From: an uncultured Planctomycetaceae bacterium
GTDB lineage: Bacteria > Planctomycetota > Planctomycetia > Pirellulales > Pirellulaceae
Assembly (NCBI GenBank): GCA_963697295.1
Contig: CAVONL010000012.1
Location: forward strand, 46,661-110,660
Length of the DNA stretch: 64,000 nucleotides
Reading direction: 5' to 3'
A program made the translations under genes and the position numbers. How positions within the stretch are numbered: position 1 is the stretch's first letter; each line of letters opens with the position of its first letter. The notes under the pieces are model-generated. The model was not told where the DNA came from. It saw only the letters and a list, made by a program, of their open reading frames with translations, and did no database searches. Below, piece after piece: positions 1-10,345 of the stretch.

Positions 1-104
1 TCACTCGTTACTCGCGATGAAACTGGAAACGATTTTGGCTAACCCACCAGAGTAAGGTTTTGACCGTTTCATAATTCCGAAATCTGGCACCAGCAAGTGC
101 GAGT

Positions 105-1735
105 TTAGGGAGCAAACGCCTGACCGGATTTGGCGGTTTCGTATGTTGCCTGGAAGAAGAAGTACTTGAGGTTTGCCTCGAGCAACTCCAGTTCCGCGTC
201 GGCGACAGAGTTCTCGTAGATGTTCAGTTCGATCAAGTCGATGTCGCCCGCATTAAACAGCTGGCGTCCGAGTTGCAGTGACTGACGAGCCAGGTCCACG
301 TTCTTTTTCGATTGCTGTATCTGGTCAAAAGCGGCATTGACGGCGGATGCGGCGTCCTGGATCTCGGCCCGGATTTTGTCCGTTACAAACCGGGTCTTGG
401 CGTCGATTTGCGTCAGTTTTGCTTCGGCGGTGCGAATTTTTCCAAGTCCCTCGCGTCGTTGCAAGCGGAACTTCGGCAATGGCTCCGAGTTCCAGCTGAA
501 ACGGCTGTTTGTCACCGAGCGAACTGGCAAGCGCACCGACATCCTTGGCGGCGTACCCTTTCACATCCAGTTTGGGCAACGTCAAGTTATTCGCGTATTG
601 CAGATCGATGCATGCCTGTCGACGGGCCGCATTGAGCGCTTGCAGTTCCGGGCGAATCGTAACTGCAGCTGCGGCGTCGGTTTCCAGCTGTCCCTCCGAA
701 ATACGCTGGGCGTCGGGCACGCCGCCAGGCAACTGGTTGGGGCCGGCAATCACCGGTGTGCAGTTTGTGTCACGTAAGAACAACGACATTTTGATAGCGG
801 CCTTTTCCAGCGTTCGGCGAGTTTTAATCAGGTCGTTGAGTCGTTTGGCAATGAAACGTTCATTGTCGATCTGCGCGATCTTGGCCAGGTCACCCTTCTC
901 CACGCGTTCGTTGATCTGTTCGACACGTTGCTGCGCCAATTCCAGCAGCCGTTGTTGAATCGCAACCGCCTGACCGGACGCCACCCAATCCCAGTAGGCC
1001 TGCGTGGCAAACCGTTGAAACTGCAGCAACCGCGACTCGACGTCCGCTTGCACTTCATCGCGTCCCGCCATGGCGGATTGGACGCCGGCGCGTCGCGCGT
1101 CAATGGCGCGATCTTTGAGCAACGGCAGCGAGAATCCGGCTTTGAATTCACCGCCTTCGTCAGTGGCCCGTTCTCCATACCACGGTTCGAAATTGCCTCG
1201 TCCGATCCGATATGTTCCATAAACTTCGCCACCGTTCCACAAGGGTCGCGCCAGGCCGGCCCCGTTTCGGTAGTTTTGGTAGAAACCCAGCGGCTGGGAA
1301 ATGCTGAAGGCTTCGAAGGCGGTATCGAACTGGCCCCATGACGACAGGATCTTGCCTTCCGCTGCTTCGATCTCGCCGATCGCAACTTCAATTTCCGGGT
1401 AACACTGTTGCACCGAATCGAGAACTTGCGCGAGCGATAGTTCGCCCGAATCAAGTGCACGGACTGGCTGGTGCGACCATGGAATCGGGTGCCGATTGGC
1501 CCAAGTCGCCTGATTCTGTTTCCGCTTCAATCAGTGCGGCAGACGCATTGTCAGACTGGGATTCCTGGTCGTTTTGGTAGCTGACCAAACCGACTTTCGA
1601 GTTCACAGCAGCGGTTTTCCATGATGAACCCGTGTCGTTGGCCGTTGCAAATGGTTTCGGCCAGGTGATCGGACTGCCCGATTTGCAGCCGACCATTTGG
1701 CCAAGGACCAGCATTGCTACCAGCACGATGGTCAC
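105..1735 (-). CDS. TolC-family outer membrane efflux (lipo)protein, split by two frameshifts (~1465 and ~463)
   Basis: Three consecutive frames (1451..1903, 325..1530, 105..542) join into one OEP protein. GTG at 1735 overlaps the HlyD stop (GTGA), followed by the signal VTIVLVAMLVLGQMVGC, then GGEVYGTYRIGRG, SLPLLKDRAIDARR and the C-terminal G-DIDLIELNIYE segment. Confidence 0.85.
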
Positions 1736-3112
1736 TTGGGAATTTTTGGTGGTTTGCTGGATGATTTTTCGGGAGCCTCGTCGGAAATGATGACCGGAAA
1801 GCCGTTGAGTTGTCTCCACATTTCGTATCCCAACGAGACTTGGCGGAGCATGATCCATCCGTTGACGCGTACGCCCTGTCTGAGGTAACGATCGGCTGGC
1901 CATTTTGTGTTGTCGTTTTCGTTGGGAAGTATCAGGACTCGAAATTGACCTTTGCCATCATCGGTCGCATCCACGTTGGCAACCCGTGCCGCTAAAAGTG
2001 CCGACTGCCACCGAGGGCCAGCCGGGAAACTGCACGGCCGGCCAGCCTTCGAACTGCAGCCGCGCCTCCTGCCCCACCTGCACCAGTGGCATGTCGTTGC
2101 CACGCACCCAGAGTTCGACCGCATTTTGCGTCGCCTCGGGCACGATGGTGACGATTGGATCGCCTTCCTTGATCGTCTGCCCCTGCTCATACACGGGCAT
2201 CCGAAAAATCGTTCCATCGCGAGGTGCTGTGATTGTCAGGCCACCGAGTTCCTCCAGTTTCACTTCAATGTCACGTTTCTCTTTTTGAATTTTGGAAGCA
2301 CTACCAATGGCATCCTGCTTCATGGCGACCGCATAGTCGATTTTTGTTTGAGCCAGGCGGCGTTTTTCCTCGAGTTCATTTCGTTTGGCCAACAACTCCT
2401 TTTCCAAAGACTCGATGTCCTCGTAAATCGATTGGAGCTCGGCTTGCGCGACGTCCCATTCCTTTTTTAACTTTTCAATTTCCTTCTCTGGCTTGATCCC
2501 CGATTCGAATAGCGACTTTTGCCGGTCGTAATTCAAGCGGGCCTGCAACTCTTTTGCGGTATAGGCCGCGAGTAGTTTTCTCTTGCTGTCGAGTTTGTCT
2601 TGTGCCGATTCGACCAGTTCATTTGCCGCCTTGACGGTAAACTCGCCAGCCTCCGTGTATCCTATTACTTGTTGCTCATATGCGTCCGTTTTTGCATTTG
2701 CCGATTCCAGTTGTGTTTGCAAGTCACGAATTTGAGCTGCTAGCTGCTCCTTCAGACTGGCGGCGATGGGTTGAATTTCGAGGATGAAATCGCCTTTTTT
2801 GACCTCCGAGCCTTCGACCAGTCCGGTTGCGATTCGAACAACGACTCCTTTCACCCGAGCCTCAATCGTCTGTTGCCTCTCCTGCGGTGCGTACGCGACC
2901 ACTTGCCCACTCCCCCGTGACGATTGCTGCCAGGGGAGCAATAACATCGCCAACACGGAGAGGAACAGACCGTACAAAAGCAAGCGGGCCAAACGCTGTG
3001 CAAACTGGGAGGATTGCACAAGGTGAATCGCTGACTTGCCTTTGGTAGGCACAAAGGTCGCAGTCGCTGAAAAGCTTTTATTTCTAATCATCGTTGTTTT
3101 CGTAATGCTCAA
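1732..3112 (-). CDS. HlyD-family membrane fusion/periplasmic adaptor, frameshift at ~1987
   Basis: N-terminal TM (LLLPWQQSSRGSG), lipoyl half-motifs (EGSEVKKGD; ITAPRDG), coiled coil and RLQFEGWPAVQFPGWP. The C-terminus (RVANVDATDD...LRQGVRVNGWIML...RQLNGFP) continues in 1732..2217 after one extra base. Confidence 0.88.
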
Positions 3113-3194
3113 TCACTCTTTCGTGTCCAATCACGTTTCCTTGCCTGTTCGTCAAGGTTTCACATTGGCCCAGCATACCCTGCATTTAACTGGT

Positions 3195-5303
3195 TCAAAT
3201 CGCAACCTCGACTTTGAAATCGGCCCAGTCGGCAATGGCCTGGCGGCCAGTTGCGATCACAATCGTGGTATTTCCGGAATACAAGTCGAGTCTGGCGAGG
3301 ACATCCTTGAGGTCTTCGTCGGAAAGGCGATCCAACAAGCCATCGACCAACAGGGCTCCCGGTCGCGCGATCAATGCGCGGGCCAAAACCAGCCGAATTG
3401 CCTGGCCGGTCGACAACGGAAACCCGGACACGCTTAATTCGGTTTTCATTCCGTCTTCCAGATTGGTGATGGTCTCGTGCAAGCCCATTTTTTCAATGAC
3501 TTCGTTCATCGACCTGGAATCGATTTCCCGACGACCAAGCCGCAGATTCTCATCCACGCTGCCTTCAAAGATTTCGATCTCGTTGATAAATCCGATTCGC
3601 GACTGCAGCGATTCCGCACCAATCAAATCAACGCGAAAGCCATTGACCAACGCGTATCCATCAACCGGCGCGTGCAAGCCTGCGATCGTTTCGATGATTT
3701 TCGTTTTTCCAGAGCCCGAGCGACCGACAATCGCGGCCGTCGTCCCCGGAAGGATGTCAACGGTGAGTTTGTTGGGGCCAGGCGCGCACTTCAGTTCGAC
3801 GAGCTTGATTCCGGTCGGCCCATCGTGTGCGGCCAGCCGGAGTTTGTCCGCCGCTTCGGCCGGCAGGTCCAGCAACTTCCCCAGCTTGTCTACCGATGCC
3901 AACAAGTCGTAGAAGCTTTCCAGGTCTTTGCCAATTTTTGCGAACGAACCGAGAATGACGGTCACAATCAGCTCGGCAGCTACTAATTGGCCGAGTGTCA
4001 TTTGGCCTTCGATGACGAGATAGCCCCCCAACCCCAGCAGAACCGTCGCGGCAACCGCCTGCATCAGCATCGAGAAAGTGACTTGCCGCACCAGGATCCG
4101 AAAATGCTCGCGCCGACTTTGGATGTATCGCGCCGCCAGTTCGTCGGCCCGATTGATCGCAAATCCCAGGCCACCGTTGAATTTGAAGGTCGTCGGGTGG
4201 CGAACAATCTCCTGCAACCAGGCGGCCGTTTCGTACTTGAGTGCGGATTCCTTCACCGCGGTTTTCACGGCGCCGCGACCAATCACGAACAACACGATAA
4301 TCATGATCGTGATCAGGCCAATGTCATACCCCAGCAGGAATGGATGGTAAAACGCCAATACCGTCAATCCAATCACGGTTTGCAGGATCAGCATCAACGA
4401 TTCCAGCAGCATTTTTGACGTGATTTTTTGAATGTTGACGATGTCAAAAAAGCGATTGACCAGCTCCGGACCATGCTGTTTTTTGAGTTTCGCCACGGGG
4501 ACACGCGTCAATCGCAGGGCCAAGTCGTCGACAACTCTGACGAACAATCGCCGCTGGATTATTTCCACGACAATCGTCATCATCACACCCAGTCCGGCAC
4601 GAAATGCCAGGAACACAAATACAATGAACGACAGGACCACCAGCGGCTGCAGGTAGCGTCCAAAGGCGATCGTGTTGACCAGCGCCTCGACCGCCAAAGG
4701 AGTCGTCAGGCTCAAGATCCCGACGAAGATCGAGAAAATGAAAACGGTTCGAATATCTCTGGATTCAGGTTTGAGAAACGCCACCAAACGCCGCAAGGGT
4801 GACAACGGTTGGGACTGGGTTCCCATCTGATAGTTATAGGAGGAAGCAGCCTCGTCAGCGAACATGGGTTGCGCCAGATACCAGCTATACGTTCCAGCTG
4901 GATTGCGGAACGCATGCGTCCGCAGCCAACGATGTGAAACGGTTGCTTCTTCTCCGTCCGCAAATATGATAAAGTGCGACTGGGATTTTCGCCGCACGAT
5001 GACGAAGTAGCCGCTGCGTTCCTGGCCGGCAGGAGCCCGGCGTCCGACAATGATCGGGTTGACTTCGATCGCCGAGAGAATCAGGTCACGAAAACTACCC
5101 TCAACCTCCCGGAAGCGGATCCCAACTCGCTGCCCGACCGCGTCCAATAATTGGCTGTCTACAACGTTAGGGGAACGTCCCGCGTCGGCAAGCGACTGGT
5201 TGGCGTCGTTGGCCGAAAAGGCAATGGCGTTCACTTCGCATACCTTGCGGGCAAGCTCAATGATCTCGGCATTACTGGCGTGTTGTCCGATCGTTGCTGT
5301 CAT
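3195..5303 (-). CDS. Peptidase-domain-type ABC exporter (TMD+NBD) of a T1SS-like system, with degenerate NBD motifs
   Basis: Six-TM ABC membrane domain, ELVNRFFD, TLGQLVAAE, Walker A GRSGSGKT, signature LSTGQ. The start could be 5303 (ATG) or 5375. Confidence 0.9.
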   Translation of the reverse strand: MTATIGQHASNAEIIELARKVCEVNAIAFSANDANQSLADAGRSPNVVDSQLLDAVGQRVGIRFREVEGSFRDLILSAIEVNPIIVGRRAPAGQERSGYFVIVRRKSQSHFIIFADGEEATVSHRWLRTHAFRNPAGTYSWYLAQPMFADEAASSYNYQMGTQSQPLSPLRRLVAFLKPESRDIRTVFIFSIFVGILSLTTPLAVEALVNTIAFGRYLQPLVVLSFIVFVFLAFRAGLGVMMTIVVEIIQRRLFVRVVDDLALRLTRVPVAKLKKQHGPELVNRFFDIVNIQKITSKMLLESLMLILQTVIGLTVLAFYHPFLLGYDIGLITIMIIVLFVIGRGAVKTAVKESALKYETAAWLQEIVRHPTTFKFNGGLGFAINRADELAARYIQSRREHFRILVRQVTFSMLMQAVAATVLLGLGGYLVIEGQMTLGQLVAAELIVTVILGSFAKIGKDLESFYDLLASVDKLGKLLDLPAEAADKLRLAAHDGPTGIKLVELKCAPGPNKLTVDILPGTTAAIVGRSGSGKTKIIETIAGLHAPVDGYALVNGFRVDLIGAESLQSRIGFINEIEIFEGSVDENLRLGRREIDSRSMNEVIEKMGLHETITNLEDGMKTELSVSGFPLSTGQAIRLVLARALIARPGALLVDGLLDRLSDEDLKDVLARLDLYSGNTTIVIATGRQAIADWADFKVEVAI

Positions 5304-5407
5304 CAAATGGTTGGTTGCGGAAATTGAAAAAGGCTGGGGGGGCGTGGCGTATCCGCTGCGAAAAGGAGCGGCCAAAAGTCTACTTCAAGATTTGGCTGAG
5401 AACCCAA

Positions 5408-5644
5408 TTAATGTCTGACAAATCGTTGAAACCGGAAAAGTCCAATTGGCCTTTCCCCAATCGAAGGTTCCAGCCAGGGTTTTGACCTGGTATGGGAATC
5501 GAGTTCAACCTGGTTGATCCAAATCCCACAACCGATCACGCATTGATTAACCCGGACGCTTGCCATCGTAACAACTTTGGTGGCAGCGCCGCATTTGGGA
5601 CATGTGACGGTTTTTTCGATTTTTCGCGTTTTATTAGCCAACAT
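5408..5644 (-). CDS. Small zinc-ribbon (zf-TFIIB-like) protein
   Basis: CPKC...VRVNQCVIGCGIWINQVELD resembles CPxC..VEIDxCxxCxGIWLDxGEL. AGGGA SD precedes the ATG at 5644. Confidence 0.55.
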   Translation of the reverse strand: MLANKTRKIEKTVTCPKCGAATKVVTMASVRVNQCVIGCGIWINQVELDSHTRSKPWLEPSIGERPIGLFRFQRFVRH

Positions 5645-5792
5645 AATGAATTCCCTGTTTCGGCCGGTCCTCAAGATGGATTGATATCTCAAGTTATACG
5701 GCACTTTGAATATGAAGGAAAACAAGCAATAATTGAACTCGATAGTAGATTATTTCTTCGTTTTGAATTCAGCCCGAATTAGCGGGAGATCC

Positions 5793-6695
5793 ATGGATTG
5801 GCTCAATTACCATCACTTATTTTATTTCTGGCTAACCGTAAAAACAGGCACCGTGACCGCCGCTGCCGAGTCCCTGCAGCTCGCTCGCCCCACCGTGGCG
5901 GCTCAAATCAAAGCTCTGGAAAAATCTGTCGGGAGAAAGCTGTTTGAAAAGCAGGGGCGTGGGTTGGTGTTGACCGAGTTTGGCCAACAGATTCATCAAT
6001 ATGCTGACGAGATCTTTGCGCTGGGGCATGAATTGCGGGAATTTGTCAAGACAGGACACCAGGGCAATCGCAGGCGTTTTGTGGTTGGACTCCCGGATGT
6101 CGTTCCCAAACATGTGGCTTTTGAATTGTTGAAACCGGCGCTTCACATGGAAAATCGTCCCCGCACGATTTGTTACGAGGGCAAACTCAATCGCTTATTG
6201 TCCGACCTGGCCCTTCACAAACTGGATCTGGTGATTTCCGATTCACCCGCTCCGACGACCCTGGAATTCAAGGTTTACACCCACAAACTGGGAGAGTGTG
6301 GGATGTCGATGTTGGCGACGCCGCTGCTGGCGAAAAAGTACAAACAGAGTTTCCCGGCATCGCTCACCGATGCCCCGTGTTTGTTGCCTACCGAACACAC
6401 GGCGGTTCGGCGTTCGCTGGACATCTGGATGGATGACAATGATATTTTTCCGGACATTATCGCGGAGTTCGAAGATAGTGCATTGCTCAAGGTCTTTGGA
6501 CAGGCCGGAGAGGGAATCTTCCCGGTGCCAACCGCAATCGAGGGAATCGTCAGAAATCAGTACGGCGTTGACCTCGTCGGGCGAATCCCTGAAGTGTTGG
6601 ACAAGTTTTACGCAATCTCGGCTGAGAAACGGGTGCATCATGACGCAACGCTATTGGTGGTCAAACAGGCCCGCAACAAACTGTTTGACATCTGA
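5793..6695 (+). CDS. nhaR: LysR-family transcriptional activator, NhaR type
   Basis: MDWLNYHHLFYFW HTH start, LLPTEHTAVRRSLD, EFEDSALLKVFG, FYAISAEKRVHH. Confidence 0.9.
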   Translation: MDWLNYHHLFYFWLTVKTGTVTAAAESLQLARPTVAAQIKALEKSVGRKLFEKQGRGLVLTEFGQQIHQYADEIFALGHELREFVKTGHQGNRRRFVVGLPDVVPKHVAFELLKPALHMENRPRTICYEGKLNRLLSDLALHKLDLVISDSPAPTTLEFKVYTHKLGECGMSMLATPLLAKKYKQSFPASLTDAPCLLPTEHTAVRRSLDIWMDDNDIFPDIIAEFEDSALLKVFGQAGEGIFPVPTAIEGIVRNQYGVDLVGRIPEVLDKFYAISAEKRVHHDATLLVVKQARNKLFDI

Positions 6696-6734
6696 ATAAG
6701 CAGGTTGCGTTTACTTCGATTCAATTGTCTGCAT

Positions 6735-8456
6735 TCAGCCCCGTTGATGTTGGTTGGGAATCTCACCGGATTCTGATATTGGCCGGGGCATGGGGGGCCG
6801 ATTCGTCAACACGGTTTTCGCCCGGTCACCGGGATCAGCGGAGAAACGACCATGGAGTCTTTCCCAGTCGAGCACCAATTTTCCGCCAGTTCCCTCGTGT
6901 TGTTTGGACCAATTCATCAACAGGTCCAGGCAAGCATGATCGATATAGCTTAAATGCTCAAATTCGACATGCAGCTCGGCAGAGTCCGGAACGTCCTCGA
7001 GCTTCTGGGCCAGCATTGGCAAACGCAGGAACGTTGCGGCACCCTGCATGTGCAAGCGGGACACGTTGCCTTCATTCTCCAAATCCAGATCCAGGTGCGA
7101 GAACCGGTGTAACAACTTGACAGCCGAGAGCAAGATGCCGACAACGACGCCGACCAGCAAGTCCTCACACACGATCACGATCAGCGTGATCGTGAAAATT
7201 GCGACCTCACTGCGACTGGTGTGCCAAAGTTCTTTGATTTGTTTGAAGTTGACAAGTTTGTAGCCAATATAAACCAGCAGCGCCCCGAGTGACGCTCGGG
7301 GAATGTAGGCCAATACAAACGGCAAAGCGGCGACAAAAATCAGCAACCAGAATCCGTGCAGAATTGCCGACAATCGTGTTTTCGCGCCCGCGTTTACGTT
7401 GGCCGAACTGCGCACAATCACGCCCGTCATAGGCAACGCGCCAATCAATCCGCATAGCACATTTCCGACTCCCTGCGCCGTCAACTCTTTGTCATAATCG
7501 GTGCGAACACCCGAATGCAGCTGGTCAACCGCTGTCGCGCACAACAATGTTTCAGCGCTGGCAACGAGGGCAATCACAATCGCCCCCGTAATCACCATCG
7601 GTTCGAACAACAGTTGAATCCAGGTGACGCTGGTCGGCAGGGTCGTTTCCGCAAACATATTTGCCGAAACGGTTAACATCTGAATGTTGAGGCCCGCGAA
7701 CGCTGCAAACAAAGTCGCGGTAACAATCGCAATCAGGGCCGCCGGGAGAACCTTGAGCTGCCTGGGAGCCAGCAACGGCCAACCCACGATGCACAGGATC
7801 GTCACAATTCCTGTCAACGCCGCGAGGTGGTGGTTCGCGGACGTGTCGGCAGAGAAACACTTGACGACCGCCTCGGGAATGGTTGCCAGGTATTGCAACC
7901 CGCCGTGAGCTTTCTCGCCATGCCACATCGCTGTGTGATCGAGCATCACGTGAAACTGGCTGACGAGAATCAGAATCCCGATCCCGGCCAGCATCCCCTT
8001 GATGACCGCTGGCGAAACCGCGCGAAACCATTGCCCCAAACTCAGCCGACCAGCAACAATCTGCATGATACCGGCGAGAAACACCGCAGTGCCCAGCACC
8101 ATCAACGAATACGCGATCGCTTCGCCGTCGTTTACGGTTTCACCACTGCCCACTTTGGAGATGAAACTTTCGCGGCCTTTGGCCAACAGATCCGCCACAA
8201 TTACGAACAGACCCGCGGCCGGCCCGCTGACCTGAAGCGGTGAACCGGAGAAAATCCCAACGATGATGCCTCCAATGATGCCCGTCAACAGCGCCCGGGC
8301 CGGACTGACACCGACGGCTACCGCAATACCAATGCACAGCGGTAACGCAACCAGAAAGACGACGATCGACGCCATAAAATCTTCGCGGAAATGAGAAAAG
8401 ATGCCACCTTCGTTGTTTGCTTCTGCCGTGTCCTGCTTACCAGCGACTTGAGTCAT
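6735..8456 (-). CDS. SulP/SLC26 inorganic anion (sulfate/bicarbonate) transporter with C-terminal STAS-like domain
   Basis: ASIVVFLVALPLCIGIA, GSPLQVSGPAAGL, ASAETLLCATAVD, LPMTGVIVRSSANV, YIDHACL. Confidence 0.93.
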   Translation of the reverse strand: MTQVAGKQDTAEANNEGGIFSHFREDFMASIVVFLVALPLCIGIAVAVGVSPARALLTGIIGGIIVGIFSGSPLQVSGPAAGLFVIVADLLAKGRESFISKVGSGETVNDGEAIAYSLMVLGTAVFLAGIMQIVAGRLSLGQWFRAVSPAVIKGMLAGIGILILVSQFHVMLDHTAMWHGEKAHGGLQYLATIPEAVVKCFSADTSANHHLAALTGIVTILCIVGWPLLAPRQLKVLPAALIAIVTATLFAAFAGLNIQMLTVSANMFAETTLPTSVTWIQLLFEPMVITGAIVIALVASAETLLCATAVDQLHSGVRTDYDKELTAQGVGNVLCGLIGALPMTGVIVRSSANVNAGAKTRLSAILHGFWLLIFVAALPFVLAYIPRASLGALLVYIGYKLVNFKQIKELWHTSRSEVAIFTITLIVIVCEDLLVGVVVGILLSAVKLLHRFSHLDLDLENEGNVSRLHMQGAATFLRLPMLAQKLEDVPDSAELHVEFEHLSYIDHACLDLLMNWSKQHEGTGGKLVLDWERLHGRFSADPGDRAKTVLTNRPPMPRPISESGEIPNQHQRG

Positions 8457-8719
8457 TTACTTGCCTCCGATGATGAATGAATTTTGATCTGGTTGATTTT
8501 AACGTGTTCGCTTCATTGCAGCCCCTGACTCAGCAACTCCTGGATCATACCTGGTCGACTCAGCTGGTAGATCAGTGAACCTGCGGCCCGGCAGTTAACT
8601 CAGTCGAAAAAAACCGTCAACTTGTCAACTCGCGGGGGGCGGATTCGAAACGCAAGCTGCGATTGGTGTCGCGACCTTCGCATATTGAAAGCACGCCTAA
8701 CCCGAACAGGCAGGAACGG

Positions 8720-9070
8720 TTAAATCAGCAAATACGTCCCAACTCCGTTCAATCTCGATCGCTCAGTCGCGACCGCCTGAGGCGCGTCGTGGTACGGATT
8801 AGCCGTTGGCAGTTGGGGTGAATCTGGCCAACTCCTGTCGATGATCGCAGCGATTGGTTTCGCCCGCTGCGTATCCTGGCGGAAAAGCAACCATTCAATT
8901 TGCGTCGAAGATGTTCCCTCGTTACCTTCTGGGACAAAGCATGCAGTCGACGAAATCACGAACATGACCAGAAGCGCCGAGACAACTCCGAAGAATCGAA
9001 TGATACGAAAGAGTTGACAAAGCCTTCGATTCAATGTTGCTTGCCGATCAGTAAATCGAATTGAAAACAT
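8720..9070 (-). CDS. Small membrane-targeted protein, candidate leader/arrest peptide upstream of sulP
   Basis: Hydrophobic segment IIRFFGVVSALLVMFVISSTAC, a polar linker, and C-terminal ERSRLNGVGTYLLI*. Co-oriented 263 bp upstream of sulP. Start uncertain. Confidence 0.5.
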   Translation of the reverse strand: MFSIRFTDRQATLNRRLCQLFRIIRFFGVVSALLVMFVISSTACFVPEGNEGTSSTQIEWLLFRQDTQRAKPIAAIIDRSWPDSPQLPTANPYHDAPQAVATERSRLNGVGTYLLI

Positions 9071-9275
9071 GGGGACTGGGTTCGCCCATTTTTGTACGAG
9101 CAAAAACACAGTATAGACCACGTCGGCGCAGTAGCATAACAGGAGATTGTGTGATAATCTCGTAAGACCTGGTGTTTTTTGCAAGCGTTGAACCCCGCGC
9201 TTGCGAGTAAAACCTTCCCGGATCTACTCGAGGTAGAAACAACCTTCTTCCCAAGTCCGCGATTTTTACCGGCGA

Positions 9276-10286
9276 TTATTCGCTCGCGGTTGTAGGCGAC
9301 TGGCCCATGAACCAGAGCCTGATGATCCAGTGCCAGGTTACCGCCAGAAGCACCGCGGTTGTGCCGACATGGAAGACCTGCACCAGCTGGTACACGGAAA
9401 TGTGCCCCAAAACGACCCCCATGATCATCATGGCCACAACCATGGCAAAAATAAACCTGGGTTCTGCAAACTTCTCGCCGCCGGATTTTCGCGCCCAGAA
9501 TAGTAGCAAGCCCGACGTAATCAGCAGGCTCCAGGAGAAGCTGCGATGAATCTTGAAAATCAGGGTGGAGCCAAGTTCGCCAATCCACTGATCGCGGGCG
9601 AGACCCTCCGCCGCTTGCGAAAGTTCATCGGTTTGCTCGCGCAGTTGGCTGCCCATCAGTCCCTCGACAAACAGGCATGTGAAAAATATCAGGGAGACAA
9701 TCAGTAAACGCTTTCGCTCAGCCGATGAAATCGCGATTTGCGGGTCGCGATCCGGCCGCGACAACCAGATGACCGTGATCAACACAGCGATCAACAGAAA
9801 AGCCAACGCCATGTGCAACGTGATGATCCCGGGATGCAAGCCGCTGCGAACCACAACCGCACCCATGATCGCGTTGGCCAGGACGTCGAACAAACTAAAC
9901 CACGAAAGCGAGACGATCCACCATTTGAATCTTTTCGCGCGGAACGAAAACAGGGCCAAGAACAGAGCCGAGAACCCGAGCGGCAAGGAGGTCAGACGAT
10001 TGCCAAACTCAATCCAGGTTTGCACCGGGTCAAAACTGTCGAGCACCGTCTCGCGCGTGATCGTGTCGGGATCGATTCCTTTTCGAATCGCATGCCGTTT
10101 GAATTTCTCGATGTCGAGTTTGTTTACATCGATTTGCTCGACGCTGGTCGGCGGAATCAGGCACCCCCAGCAAGTGGGCCAGTCTGGACACCCCAAACCA
10201 GATCCGGTGACCCGCACCGTGGCACCTGCCACGACCAAAGTGATCACGGAAACAAGGGCTACCCAGGCTAGTCGGTGAACGATCAT
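9276..10286 (-). CDS. ctaA: COX15/CtaA-family heme A synthase
   Basis: GATVRVTGSGLGCPDWPTC, WIEFGNRL, ITLHMALA, KIHRSFS, QVFHVG; about 8 TM segments. Confidence 0.9.
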   Translation of the reverse strand: MIVHRLAWVALVSVITLVVAGATVRVTGSGLGCPDWPTCWGCLIPPTSVEQIDVNKLDIEKFKRHAIRKGIDPDTITRETVLDSFDPVQTWIEFGNRLTSLPLGFSALFLALFSFRAKRFKWWIVSLSWFSLFDVLANAIMGAVVVRSGLHPGIITLHMALAFLLIAVLITVIWLSRPDRDPQIAISSAERKRLLIVSLIFFTCLFVEGLMGSQLREQTDELSQAAEGLARDQWIGELGSTLIFKIHRSFSWSLLITSGLLLFWARKSGGEKFAEPRFIFAMVVAMMIMGVVLGHISVYQLVQVFHVGTTAVLLAVTWHWIIRLWFMGQSPTTASE

Positions 10287-10345
10287 CTTGTGATTAACTG
10301 TCTTTCAGCTTGATACGAGAGTAGACTCGATGTTTCGACCGAGTG

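Noticed and set aside
8457-8719. Riboswitch upstream of sulP
   Set aside because: Only partial inverted repeats; no known aptamer consensus recognised by eye. An Rfam scan is needed.
9995-10020. Heme A synthase first His replaced by Asn (EFGNR)
   Set aside because: ExxNR is, to my knowledge, a common natural variant in actinobacterial and Bacteroidota CtaA, so it is not evidence of novelty.
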